The notes below the pieces were generated by a model. That model saw only the letters and a list, made by a program, of their open reading frames with translations, searched no databases and was not told where the DNA came from. A program made the translations under genes and the position numbers. 37,415 nt of DNA from an uncultured Rhodospirillaceae bacterium (GTDB lineage: Bacteria > Pseudomonadota > Alphaproteobacteria > RF32 > CAG-239), in NCBI GenBank assembly GCA_900318605.1, contig ONLJ01000012.1:1-37415 (forward strand), read 5' to 3'. The first letter of the stretch is position 1. Each line of letters opens with the position of its first letter. Below are positions 1 to 9,824 of the stretch, piece after piece.

Positions 1-1030
1 ATATAATTTCCGAGTTTCCGGTACCCTTAAACTCTTCAAAAATAACTTCATCCATACGCGAACCGGTATCAATCAAAGCAGTGGCAATAATAGTAAGAGA
101 ACCACCTTCTTCAATATTACGAGCAGCACCTAAAAGACGTTTTGGACGTTGCAGAGCATTAGCATCAACACCACCGGTTAAAACTTTTCCTGAAGATGGT
201 ACAACAGCGTTATACGCACGACCAAGACGAGTAATAGAATCAAGCAATATTACTACATCTTTTTTATTTTCAACCAAACGTTTTGCTTTTTCAATACACA
301 TTTCCGCAACTTGTACATGTCTTACGGCAGGTTCATCAAAAGTAGAAGATATAACTTCACCTTTAACCGAACGTGTCATATCCGTAACTTCTTCCGGACG
401 TTCATCAATCAATAAAACCATCAAATAAACTTCCGGATGATTTACGGCAATAGCATGGGCAATATTTTGCAGCATAACAGTTTTACCAGTACGCGGCGGA
501 GCAACGATAAGACCTCTTTGTCCTTTTCCCTGAGGAGATATTAAATCAATCACACGGGTTGTATAATCCTTGTCACCGCATATTATATCAAAATTAAGCT
601 TTTCCTTAGGATACAAAGGAGTTAAGTTATCAAAATTTACTCTGAGTTTAGATTTTTCCGGATCATCAAAATTAACGGTATTAACTTTAGTTAAAGCAAA
701 ATAACGCTCATTATCCTTCGGAGCTCTGATTTCACCCTCAACCGTATCACCTGTTCTCAAAGAATATCTTTTAACCTGCTGAGGAGAAACATATATATCA
801 TCGGCACTGGCTAAATAATTTGATTTAGATGAGCGCAAAAATCCGAAACCGTCCTGCATAACTTCAATTACACCGTCAGCATTTATAACGGTATCAACTT
901 CAGAGAGTTTTTTCATTATTGCAAAAATTAAATCTTGAACACGCATAGAAGATGCATCTTCAACTCCTAAATCTTCTGCCTGATTCAATAACTCGGTAGG
1001 AGATTTTTCCTTCAATTCCTTTAAATACAT
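1..1030 (-). CDS. rho: Transcription termination factor Rho (3' end runs off the window)
   Basis: Manual minus-strand translation from ATG at 1030: [15 protein letters not shown]...QDGFGFLRS...[23 protein letters not shown], Walker [21 protein letters not shown]-like motif, [11 protein letters not shown]. Absent from the ORF track because no stop codon is in the window. Confidence 0.97.
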   Translation of the reverse strand, partial: MYLKELKEKSPTELLNQAEDLGVEDASSMRVQDLIFAIMKKLSEVDTVINADGVIEVMQDGFGFLRSSKSNYLASADDIYVSPQQVKRYSLRTGDTVEGEIRAPKDNERYFALTKVNTVNFDDPEKSKLRVNFDNLTPLYPKEKLNFDIICGDKDYTTRVIDLISPQGKGQRGLIVAPPRTGKTVMLQNIAHAIAVNHPEVYLMVLLIDERPEEVTDMTRSVKGEVISSTFDEPAVRHVQVAEMCIEKAKRLVENKKDVVILLDSITRLGRAYNAVVPSSGKVLTGGVDANALQRPKRLLGAARNIEEGGSLTIIATALIDTGSRMDEVIFEEFKGTGNSEII

Positions 1031-1095
1031 TTGAACCTTTTATTTTTTAGAGATCATAAATCAAGAAAGTTAATATTGAAAATTTAACTAAAGAG

Positions 1096-1124
1096 CTTAT
1101 ATTATGTTTTGAATTAAAAGTCAA
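1096..1124 (-). promoter_or_regulatory. Putative sigma70 promoter for rho
   Basis: TTGACT (1124-1119) - 17 bp - TATAAG (1101-1096) on the minus strand. Confidence 0.45.
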
Positions 1125-1430
1125 CATTTTTTCCACACATATTTTTACAAAATAATATTTTAAAGAATCTATTTGTTGTTTATTTATCCCTGTTAAAAAT
1201 GTTCATAATAAAATATACACATTTTTATCAACAAACAATTAAAATTTTAAAATTTATAAATTCAATAATTTAAAAAAAATATAATTAAATTTATTAACAT
1301 ATATGCATATCTTTTTTAATGTTAATAACTTTTTTTATACTTTTTACAATATGTATATTGTTTGTTAGAATTTTCAATATTTGAAATCTTATAAACAGTT
1401 TTTATAATGTTCTGTTTATAAGATTCATAA
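1125..1430. other. Candidate chromosomal replication origin (oriC)
   Basis: Extremely AT-rich divergent rho/coaE spacer. DnaA-box-like 9-mers at 1129 (TTTTCCACA), 1191(-), 1200(-), 1213, 1225, 1291, 1320(-), 1389 and 1413(-). The position matches the alphaproteobacterial rho-hemE / oriC / maf-aroE-coaE-dnaQ neighbourhood. Confidence 0.7.
1385..1425. repeat. 14-bp perfect inverted repeat AATCTTATAAACAG / CTGTTTATAAGATT, 13-bp spacer
   Basis: Arms at 1385-1398 and 1412-1425; each contains a DnaA-box-like TTATAAACA. Confidence 0.85.
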
Positions 1431-1452
1431 AATTTTGTTTTAAGGTATAAAA

Positions 1453-2031
1453 ATGAAAATAATTGCCGTTACGGGTTCGATAGGATGTGGAAAAACTTAT
1501 ATATCAAACATAATAAGAAGTATAGGTTATAATGTATTTGATGCCGATAAAGAGGTTAAATTATTTTATAAAAAAGAAAAATTTTTAAGATTGATTAAGC
1601 AAAATTTTCCTGAAGTATTTGATAATAATAAATTTAATAAAAGAAAATTACGTGATTTAGTTTTCAATAATAAAAAAGAATTAAAAAAACTTGAAAGTAT
1701 AACACATCCTTTATTAAAGATAAAATTAAAAGAAAAAGTCAGAAAATTATATAAAAAAACAGACTTATTATTTATAGATGCCGCTTTAATTTATGAAATG
1801 AAATGGGATATATATTGCGATTATATAATACTTGTCGATGTTGATAAAAATATTCAAAAACAAAGAGTTATAAAAAGAGATAATATATCTGAGCAAGATT
1901 TTAAAAAAATAATTGCCAATCAAATTGATAATGATATAAAAAAAGAAAAGGCTGATTTGGTTATAAATACACAATTGCCTCAAGGAATAATAAAAAGCAT
2001 ATTGATAAGATTTATAAACGAGGTAATTTAA
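1453..2031 (+). CDS. coaE: Dephospho-CoA kinase
   Basis: IIAVTGSIGCGKT P-loop, VFDAD, LESITHP, ADLVINT; immediately upstream of dnaQ. Confidence 0.95.
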   Translation: MKIIAVTGSIGCGKTYISNIIRSIGYNVFDADKEVKLFYKKEKFLRLIKQNFPEVFDNNKFNKRKLRDLVFNNKKELKKLESITHPLLKIKLKEKVRKLYKKTDLLFIDAALIYEMKWDIYCDYIILVDVDKNIQKQRVIKRDNISEQDFKKIIANQIDNDIKKEKADLVINTQLPQGIIKSILIRFINEVI

Positions 2032-2735
2032 TGCGTGAAATTTGTTTTGATACTGAAACAACGGGTTTTAATCCATATACCGGCGACCGTTTGGTTGAGA
2101 TTGGCGCCGTAGAAATAATAAATAAAAAAAGAACAGGAAAAGTTTTTCATAAATATATAAATCCTGAAAGAGATGTTCCCGAATCGGCAGTTAATGTTCA
2201 TGGTATAACCAATGAATTTCTGGCAGACAAACCGGTTTTCAGCGAAATTGCTCAAGAATGGATAGATTTTGTCGGTGATGATAATTTAATTGCTCATAAT
2301 GCCATAGATTTTGATATGAAATTTATAAATTATGAATTAAAAAAAGCCGGATATAATGAATATGACAGTGACAGATTTATAGATACTCTCATAATAGCAA
2401 GAAATATGTTTCCCGGTGCGAGAAACAGCTTAGATGCTCTTTGTAAAAGATTTAATATCGACAACTCCGCTCGTACGGTTCACGGAGCTTTATTGGATGC
2501 CGAATTATTGGCTGATGTATATTTACAACTTTCCGGCGGTGATGAACCGAGTATAAATTTCAATAAAACAGATAATAATATTGTTATTGGCGGAGAAATT
2601 ATTTTCGGCAGTGAAAAAATACTGACACCGCGGGATTTCAATATCAGTGAGAAAGAAAATCAAGCGCATATTGAATTTATGGAAAAACACTTAAAAACTC
2701 CTATCTGGCTCAGAGAGAATAAAAAAGATGATTGA
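2031..2735 (+). CDS. dnaQ: DNA polymerase III epsilon subunit
   Basis: DEDDh exonuclease motifs FDTETTG, LIAHNAIDFD, HGALLDAELLADVY. Confidence 0.97.
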   Translation: MREICFDTETTGFNPYTGDRLVEIGAVEIINKKRTGKVFHKYINPERDVPESAVNVHGITNEFLADKPVFSEIAQEWIDFVGDDNLIAHNAIDFDMKFINYELKKAGYNEYDSDRFIDTLIIARNMFPGARNSLDALCKRFNIDNSARTVHGALLDAELLADVYLQLSGGDEPSINFNKTDNNIVIGGEIIFGSEKILTPRDFNISEKENQAHIEFMEKHLKTPIWLRENKKDD

Positions 2736-4002
2736 ATATCTGAAATACATATATAAAACATATATAAATCGTACGATGCTTAAAATGTTGGCACTTGGTT
2801 TTTCGAGTGGTTTTCCTTTTTTATTGACATTCGGAACTTTAACATATTGGTTCAAGGAAGCAGGATTAGCAATAGCTTTAATCGGCGGATTTTCACTTGT
2901 TAAAATTCCATATTCCTTAAAATGGCTATGGTCGCCGGCAATAGATAATATAAAAATACCGGTTCTTTATAAGATAGGTCGTCGCCGTTCTTGGGGAATC
3001 ATAATTCAAATACTTTTGTTTATTTCGATATTTTCACTTTCGTGTTTTAATCCGGCTCAAAAAACTTCATTGATGGCTTTTTTAGCGGTATTAACAGCAT
3101 TTTTATCAGCATCTCAAGACATAGTTTTGGATGCTTACAGAGTTGAATGTTTTGAAAAAACTCCTGATAAACAAGCCTCCGGAGTTGCAATTTTTGTTTT
3201 AGGATATCGTTTAGGGTTGATATATTCCGGAGCCGGAGCCTTATATTTAGCTTCTTTTTATGATTGGAATACATCTTATAAAATAATGGCATGCGGTGTG
3301 TTTGTCGGATTGATAACTTTAATATTTTCATCAGAAGCGGTAAAATATAAATACGAAAAAAAGAAAGTTGATATAAAAGAATTTTTCAATAAATCGGTAA
3401 TAGCACCGTTTAAGGATTTTGTAAAAAATAAAAATTGGGGTTGGATTTTATTGCTTATTTTTACATATCATTTAAGCAACGCATATTTCAATCCGGTAAT
3501 CAATCCTTTTTATGATGATATGGGATTTACCAAGATTGAAGTGGCTAATGTCATGAAACTCTACGGCATGATTGCAGCAATAATGGGCGGTATTGTCGGC
3601 GGTCTTATTATCAATAAAATAGGACTGAGAAACGGATTACTGTATTTCGGAATTTTACAATGTTTATCAACAATGTTGTTTTCAGTGCAAGCAATTTACG
3701 GACATAATATGCCCATGTTTATTTTTGTTGTAACTGTTGAAAACTTTATTTCAGGATTAGCCACTACGGCACTAGTTGCCTACATATCATCTCTTTGTAA
3801 TAAATTATACACGGCAACTCAATATGCTCTTTTATCTTCGGTAATGAGTATATCTCGCGATATTTTTTCGGCAACCAGCGGAATTGTAGCTCAATTTTTA
3901 GGATGGAAATTGTTTTTTGTTTTCAGTGCTATAATGAGTTTACCTAGTATCTTGATAATAATGATTATTTTGAAAAAAAGTGATTGTAAAATAAAAAAAT
4001 AA
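2728..4002 (+). CDS. ampG: AmpG-family muropeptide MFS permease
   Basis: LGFSSGFPF, PYSLKWLWSP, GRRRSW, SASQDIVLDAYR, TATQYALLSS; about 12 hydrophobic segments. Confidence 0.92.
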   Translation: MIEYLKYIYKTYINRTMLKMLALGFSSGFPFLLTFGTLTYWFKEAGLAIALIGGFSLVKIPYSLKWLWSPAIDNIKIPVLYKIGRRRSWGIIIQILLFISIFSLSCFNPAQKTSLMAFLAVLTAFLSASQDIVLDAYRVECFEKTPDKQASGVAIFVLGYRLGLIYSGAGALYLASFYDWNTSYKIMACGVFVGLITLIFSSEAVKYKYEKKKVDIKEFFNKSVIAPFKDFVKNKNWGWILLLIFTYHLSNAYFNPVINPFYDDMGFTKIEVANVMKLYGMIAAIMGGIVGGLIINKIGLRNGLLYFGILQCLSTMLFSVQAIYGHNMPMFIFVVTVENFISGLATTALVAYISSLCNKLYTATQYALLSSVMSISRDIFSATSGIVAQFLGWKLFFVFSAIMSLPSILIIMIILKKSDCKIKK

Positions 4003-4035
4003 GTTTAATATAAAATCAGTTTGAAGGAATAAATC

Positions 4036-5085
4036 ATGCCTTACCTGACTGATGAGGATATATTAAACGAGAATAAAGATAAAGCCGAAGAAGTTTTATC
4101 TAAAAGTTATTCATGGCAGGCAATCGCTAAAAAAGATAATGAAGAAATAAAACAACATATTGTTTTTACTGGAAAAAATTTAACCGGTGGAAATTTTGAA
4201 GGCGAAGATTTACAAAATGCCGATTTCAGTGGCAGTAATTTACAGGAAGTAAATTTCAAGAATGCCGATTTACGCGGAGTTAATTTTACCGGCGCTGATT
4301 TGTCGGGAGTTGACTTAACGGGAGCAAATTTAGAAGGTGCGATTTTTACCGGCGCTAAACTGATAGGTGCAAATTTAACCGGTACTAAATTAAAAGATGT
4401 ACGTTTTATTGATGCCGATATTCAGGATGCAATTTTTTGGGGTATTGATATCAATGATATATCTCTTGCCGATTTGCAGGAAATAATCGAATACTTAGCA
4501 AAATACTATCCGCATAAGCTGAATTTAAGCCGCATAAATTTAGCATTACTTGATTTAAGACGGATAGATTTAACACAAGTAAATCTCAAAGGTGTAGATT
4601 TTACCGGATGTGATTTTACCGGTGTTAATATTTTTGAGCTTGATTTAAGTGAATGTATTATATCGCCGGCGCAGATTGAGCAGGCAATAGGACATCAGCC
4701 GACACCTCTGGAATTGGAAAAAATATTATCACCGAAAAAGAAAAAAAATAAGAAAAAGGGAAAAGGCATAGATTTTACCAAATTTTTTGACAGCAGAGGC
4801 AGTTTTGATTGGGATACAACCAAAGGCGGTACGGATATCAATAAGCTTTTTAAGGCCGGAAAAGAATTTATCAGAAGTTTTCAGAAAGATGACGGCAAAG
4901 AAAAATTTAATGAGAAACATTCAAAAGATAAAGAAGAAAATACAGATGAAAGAGAAAATAACACTGAAGACTTAAGAAAAGCGATAGAAAAACATAAACA
5001 GGAAGTTTTGAATAAATTAAAACAAGAAAAAGAAGAAACAAAATCAATGAATCGCATAAAATCAGACAGAGGAATAGAAAGATAA
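4036..5085 (+). CDS. Pentapeptide-repeat protein with charged C-terminal extension
   Basis: Tandem A(D/N)(L/F)xx repeats (ADFSG SNLQE VNFKN ADLRG VNFTG ADLSG...) in two blocks; Lys/Glu-rich tail ending KSDRGIER. Confidence 0.9.
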   Translation: MPYLTDEDILNENKDKAEEVLSKSYSWQAIAKKDNEEIKQHIVFTGKNLTGGNFEGEDLQNADFSGSNLQEVNFKNADLRGVNFTGADLSGVDLTGANLEGAIFTGAKLIGANLTGTKLKDVRFIDADIQDAIFWGIDINDISLADLQEIIEYLAKYYPHKLNLSRINLALLDLRRIDLTQVNLKGVDFTGCDFTGVNIFELDLSECIISPAQIEQAIGHQPTPLELEKILSPKKKKNKKKGKGIDFTKFFDSRGSFDWDTTKGGTDINKLFKAGKEFIRSFQKDDGKEKFNEKHSKDKEENTDERENNTEDLRKAIEKHKQEVLNKLKQEKEETKSMNRIKSDRGIER

Positions 5086-6402
5086 ATGGAAGAAACGTTG
5101 TTTTCCAATAATGTGAAAAGACCTCTGGCAGACAGAATGCGACCGACAAAATTGGAAGAAGTTGTCGGTCAAAATCATATTGTCGGCGCTGATGCTCCGT
5201 TAGGACGCATGATAAAGTCCGGTAAGATAAATTCATTTATTTTATGGGGACCTCCGGGGTGCGGAAAAACGACGATTGCAAGGCTGATAGCCGAATATAC
5301 AAATCTTTATTTTGAGCAGATATCAGCAGTTTTTTCCGGTGTTGCCGACTTAAAAAGAGTTTTTCAATATGCTGAGGAACGCCGTAAAAATCAAGGAAAA
5401 GGAACTCTCCTTTTTGTAGATGAAATTCATCGTTTCAATAAATCTCAACAAGACGGATTTTTGCCTTATGTTGAAAACGGAACGGTAATTTTAGTCGGTG
5501 CCACAACCGAGAATCCGTCTTTTGAACTTAATTCCGCTCTTTTATCACGTTGTCAGGTATTTGTACTTAATCGCTTGAACACTGATGACTTTGAGGAGTT
5601 GTTGCAACGTGCCGAAAAATTTGAGAATAAAAAACTCCCTATTGATGATGAAGCAAGGGATTTTATTAAAGAAATTGCCGATGGCGACGGACGTTATATT
5701 TTAAATATTGCCGAGAATATATGGTCTTACGCCAAAGAAGGGGAAATTTTCAATAAAGAACAAATATTAAAAATAATTCGTTCTCGCGCGCCGATTTATG
5801 ACAAAGGCCGTGACGGGCATTATAATCTGATTTCGGCAGTTCATAAATCACTTCGAGGCTCTGATGTTGATGCGGCGCTTTATTGGGCGGCACGAATGCT
5901 TATTGCCGGTGAAGATCCGCGCTATTTATTACGCCGGTTACTTCGTTTTTCAATCGAAGATGTATCGCTTGCCGATCCGAATGCCGTAAATCAAGCGATT
6001 TCGTGCATTGAAACATACGAACGTTTAGGTTCGCCGGAAGGAGAGCTTGCGGTTATGCAGCTGGTGGCATATTTAGCAACCGCCCCGAAATCGGCAGGAG
6101 TATATAAAGCAATGGATAAAGCTTATGCTGCTGCCAAAAGAACAGGCTCATTGATGCCGCCGAAACATATATTAAATGCTCCGACTAAGCTGATGAAGAA
6201 CTTAGGTTATCATGAGGGCTATATTTATGATCAGGACTTAGAAGACGGTTTTTCAGGTCAAAATTATTTTCCTGATGATATGAAAAGAGAAAAGTTTTAT
6301 TATCCGGTAGAGCGCGGATTTGAGCGCGAAATCAAAAAGCGCATTGAATACTTTGATAAACTCCGCGCCGAAAAACAGGCAAAAATGAAAAAGGAAAACT
6401 AA
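5086..6402 (+). CDS. rarA: Replication-associated recombination protein A (RarA/MgsA AAA+ ATPase)
   Basis: RPLADRMRP, LWGPPGCGKTT, LFVDEIHRFNKSQQD, GATTENPSF, ISAVHKSLRGSD. Confidence 0.97.
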   Translation: MEETLFSNNVKRPLADRMRPTKLEEVVGQNHIVGADAPLGRMIKSGKINSFILWGPPGCGKTTIARLIAEYTNLYFEQISAVFSGVADLKRVFQYAEERRKNQGKGTLLFVDEIHRFNKSQQDGFLPYVENGTVILVGATTENPSFELNSALLSRCQVFVLNRLNTDDFEELLQRAEKFENKKLPIDDEARDFIKEIADGDGRYILNIAENIWSYAKEGEIFNKEQILKIIRSRAPIYDKGRDGHYNLISAVHKSLRGSDVDAALYWAARMLIAGEDPRYLLRRLLRFSIEDVSLADPNAVNQAISCIETYERLGSPEGELAVMQLVAYLATAPKSAGVYKAMDKAYAAAKRTGSLMPPKHILNAPTKLMKNLGYHEGYIYDQDLEDGFSGQNYFPDDMKREKFYYPVERGFEREIKKRIEYFDKLRAEKQAKMKKEN

Positions 6403-6405
6403 AAA

Positions 6406-6774
6406 ATGACAGATAAAAAAAATATAAAAGCCATTATTTATTATAAGGATTTTTTACTTTTAAGTGAAGAACAAATAAAAAATCTTTTAGAAAATAAAGA
6501 TGTCGAATTTTTGATTTCGATAAAAAAGGAAGAATACAAAAATTTAAGTTTCGAAGACAAGGAAAAACTTTACGGTTTTCGCCGTACGATAAGAGAACCG
6601 CTGAAAAAACCGATTATCAATAAGGAAGAAATATTTTTATATAAAGATTTTCCGCCAATGCCGGAGATAAAAATCATAAAAGAATCTTTTTATGAAAAGC
6701 ATAAAAAGGCATCAAAACCATATTGCCCGCGCACCATCGGTCGTCCGAATACCAAGAAAAAAGGCAGCAGATAA
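6406..6774 (+). CDS. Hypothetical basic protein
   Basis: 122-aa ORF tightly packed between rarA and rluC; no recognisable motif. Confidence 0.7.
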   Translation: MTDKKNIKAIIYYKDFLLLSEEQIKNLLENKDVEFLISIKKEEYKNLSFEDKEKLYGFRRTIREPLKKPIINKEEIFLYKDFPPMPEIKIIKESFYEKHKKASKPYCPRTIGRPNTKKKGSR

Positions 6775-7701
6775 ATGTCCGGTGTTAAAATCATAAAAAT
6801 AAAATCTGAAGATGACGGAATTCGCTTAAATCGTTGGTTTTTGCGCGAATATCCGGCGCTTAGCTTATCGCGTTTGCAAAAATTATTGCGCACCAAACAA
6901 ATAAAGGTTGAGGGAAGACGCGCGGAAACATCGACCCGTTTGCTTGCCGGTCAGGAGCTCAGAATCCCGCCGCTTGACAACGAGAAAGCTGTTCCGGAAA
7001 ATAAAGCATTAAGTAAAAATGACGCTGATTATATTGCCTCACTCGTAATTTATAAAGATAAGGATATTATTGTTATAAATAAGCCTTCCGGTTTAGCGGT
7101 ACAAGGCGGAACCAATACAACTCGCCACGTTGACGGAATGTTGGAAGCATTGAAATTTGAGAATACGGAAAAACCGAAACTCGTACATCGCATTGATAAA
7201 AACACCAGCGGTATTTTGGTTTTGGCACGCAATCGCAAATCAGCCGATATATTAACCAAGGCTTTTCGTGAGAAAAGAATCAATAAAACTTATTTAGCAC
7301 TTGTGCGCGGATGTCCTGAACCGCGGGAGGGAATTATTGAATATCCGCTCGAGAAAGTCGGCGAAAAAATGGAAGTTGTTGAAGACGGTCAAAAGGCTTT
7401 AACGCAAATAAAAGTGCTTGATAATACCGGCAAAAAATTTGCGCTTGTCGAAGCTCATCCTTTGACCGGAAGAACTCATCAAATCAGAGCGCATTTGGAA
7501 GCAATAGGCACACCGATTGTCGGCGATGATAAATATTTCGGCGAAAAAAGAGAACATTTTCAACAAATTCAGGATAAATTGTATTTACATGCTTACAAAA
7601 TTGATTTAAGTGATATATATAATAAAAAAACAGTTATAACAGCTGACCTGCCGAAGTATTTTGTTGAGGCTTGTCAATTTTTCGGATTGGAGATAAAATA
7701 A
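6775..7701 (+). CDS. rluC: RluA-family 23S rRNA pseudouridine synthase with S4 domain (RluC-like)
   Basis: N-terminal S4 domain (IRLNRWF...QKLLR), INKPSGLAVQGG, catalytic LVHRIDKNTSG, LTGRTHQIRAH. Confidence 0.9.
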   Translation: MSGVKIIKIKSEDDGIRLNRWFLREYPALSLSRLQKLLRTKQIKVEGRRAETSTRLLAGQELRIPPLDNEKAVPENKALSKNDADYIASLVIYKDKDIIVINKPSGLAVQGGTNTTRHVDGMLEALKFENTEKPKLVHRIDKNTSGILVLARNRKSADILTKAFREKRINKTYLALVRGCPEPREGIIEYPLEKVGEKMEVVEDGQKALTQIKVLDNTGKKFALVEAHPLTGRTHQIRAHLEAIGTPIVGDDKYFGEKREHFQQIQDKLYLHAYKIDLSDIYNKKTVITADLPKYFVEACQFFGLEIK

Positions 7702-7702
7702 A

Positions 7703-9538
7703 ATGAAAAAATTTTTTATAATACTGGGAATTATAATCTTTTTACCGATAGTTTGCGTAATTCTGGCGGCAATGTTTTTTGATATAAATTCATACAAGCC
7801 GCAGGTTGAAAAAATGGTGGCAAAATATGCAAAAGTTGATGCCAAAATCAACGGCGATATGAAAATCGGTTTGTCGTTTAAGCCGAGTATTGAAATTGAT
7901 GATGTAGATATATCAAATCAAGAAACAAAAGACCCGATTGCAAAAATCGGTGCGGCATTAGTGCAATTTTCCATTAAACCGCTATTTGCTAAAGAAATTG
8001 TGGTTGATACGGTACAAACCGATAACACCCGCATTTATTACTCTAAAACCGACTATGCTCAAATAAATAATCTTGATGTCAGTATGGAAGCATATGATTC
8101 ACCGATAAGCGTTGATATTGATACCGATGTTGAGGGCGTAAATATAAAAGCAGTAGGCACACTTTCTTCGCTGAAAAAAATTACCGAAAGCAAATATAAC
8201 GAAGTTGAGGCAGATTTAAAAGTCAGTGCAATGGGTTATGTTCTTGATTATAAAGGTAAGGTTTATGACTTGCAAACAGCTCCCAAGGCAGACGGAAGCT
8301 ATAAAGTTACATATAAAAACAACGTTATCAGCGGAAAAGTTTTTGCTGATTTAGGGCAAAAAGTTCCGTATATTAAGCTCAATGCCGATTCACAAAGCTT
8401 GAATTTGGCCGATTTCAGCGGCGAAAAACAGGCTTCAAACAAAGGTGGAATAATCGGTTCGGCAAATGCAAACGAGTTAGTAGCCAACACACCGATTCCG
8501 TATGAATTTTTAAAGATGGTTAATGCCGATGTTGTCTTAAAAATCAAGCAGCTTCTGATTGATTCGGAAATGTCTTTGACCGATATTAACGCTGTAATTA
8601 CTCTCAAAAACGGAGTTTTAAATGTAAATTTTAAAAACATCGGTGCCGGAAACGGTATTGTTTCCGGAACGGTTGACACCGATGCAAATAAAAAAACGGC
8701 CGCAATCAATATGAAGGGAACAGATATAATTTTGCAACAGTTGTATAAGGCTTTTGCTAACTCAGGCAACAAGGATTTATACATAAAAGAAGGCGGAAAA
8801 ACCAACTTTATGATAAAACTTAATACTTCAGGTGATAACACCGACCAATATATAGCCAACTCAAAAGGTCAGGTTATCGCACTTGTCGATTCGTCGGTAA
8901 TAAAAATTTCAAGCTTGGATAAATTGCGCGGTAACGTGATTATGCAGATTTTGGAAAATTTGAAAATCAATGTTACAAATTCGGATATGAAGCTTAAATG
9001 TGCTGTTGTGCACGGCGATATCACAAACGGCAATGTTAATTATCCGAAGGGTATTGTTTTTGATGCAAAAGATTTTTATCTGGTTGCTGACGGTACCACA
9101 AATTTGAATAATGAAAAAATAAATTTAAGTTTACAACCGTTTTCAGGAAAAATTAAAGACACAAGTATTTCTTCGATTTTAGGTTCTTTATTAAAGATAA
9201 AAGGCACATTTAAAAATCCGAGCGTCAGCTTGAATAAAGAACAAACGGCAACGGCGGTTGTTGGTGCAATTGCTACAGCCGGAATGTATAATGTCGGTGA
9301 TATGATGTTGTCAGCTGACGGAAGTCCATGCCATACAGCGCTTAAAGGCACGGATTTTGCTTCTTATTTTCCTGAAGAAAAAGGTGTAAGAAGCGGTGTT
9401 TCTAAGCAATATACCAATACCAAAGATGCAATAAAAGATGCCGGAAAACAAATAAAGACTTTAGGCAAGGATTTGAAAAATACCGGAAAAGATGCAATCG
9501 GTGGATTGCTTGGAGCATTCGGCGGAAAAAAAGAATAA
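7703..9538 (+). CDS. AsmA-family periplasmic lipid-transport-like protein
   Basis: N-terminal TM anchor then DINSYKPQVE..., beta-rich body, C-terminal AsmA_2-like LKCAVV...LVADGTTNL...LKIKGTFKNP. Confidence 0.85.
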   Translation: MKKFFIILGIIIFLPIVCVILAAMFFDINSYKPQVEKMVAKYAKVDAKINGDMKIGLSFKPSIEIDDVDISNQETKDPIAKIGAALVQFSIKPLFAKEIVVDTVQTDNTRIYYSKTDYAQINNLDVSMEAYDSPISVDIDTDVEGVNIKAVGTLSSLKKITESKYNEVEADLKVSAMGYVLDYKGKVYDLQTAPKADGSYKVTYKNNVISGKVFADLGQKVPYIKLNADSQSLNLADFSGEKQASNKGGIIGSANANELVANTPIPYEFLKMVNADVVLKIKQLLIDSEMSLTDINAVITLKNGVLNVNFKNIGAGNGIVSGTVDTDANKKTAAINMKGTDIILQQLYKAFANSGNKDLYIKEGGKTNFMIKLNTSGDNTDQYIANSKGQVIALVDSSVIKISSLDKLRGNVIMQILENLKINVTNSDMKLKCAVVHGDITNGNVNYPKGIVFDAKDFYLVADGTTNLNNEKINLSLQPFSGKIKDTSISSILGSLLKIKGTFKNPSVSLNKEQTATAVVGAIATAGMYNVGDMMLSADGSPCHTALKGTDFASYFPEEKGVRSGVSKQYTNTKDAIKDAGKQIKTLGKDLKNTGKDAIGGLLGAFGGKKE

Positions 9539-9822
9539 TGGAAGTTTTTTGGCGCATTAAAGGAAGAGTACAAAGAGTTGGCTATCGTCGTTGGGCGATA
9601 GCCAAAGCCGTCGAGATAGGCGGTATTTCCGGATATGTTTACAATTCTCCGACCGGCGATGTTTTAATTGCTGCCGACGGTCAGAATGATAAAATATATG
9701 ACTTTATGCAAGCTTGTTTCAAGGGACCTTTTTTTGCCCGAGTTGATTCGATAGACTACAATCCCGACTTAAAACAATTTTTTCCGACAATAGAAAAAGG
9801 CGTATTCAAAACAATTCGCTGA
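9538..9822 (+). CDS. acyP: Acylphosphatase
   Basis: IKGRVQRVGYR and GYVYN motifs, GPFFARV; 94 aa. Confidence 0.9.
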   Translation: MEVFWRIKGRVQRVGYRRWAIAKAVEIGGISGYVYNSPTGDVLIAADGQNDKIYDFMQACFKGPFFARVDSIDYNPDLKQFFPTIEKGVFKTIR

Positions 9823-9824
9823 TT

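Noticed and set aside
81-428. 115-aa plus-strand ORF
   Set aside because: Antisense shadow of rho, which is clearly encoded on the minus strand.
1031-1452. CtrA boxes (TTAA-N7-TTAA) and DnaA-trio repeats in the candidate origin
   Set aside because: I checked the TTAA spacings by hand and found no perfect site; no clear trinucleotide run.
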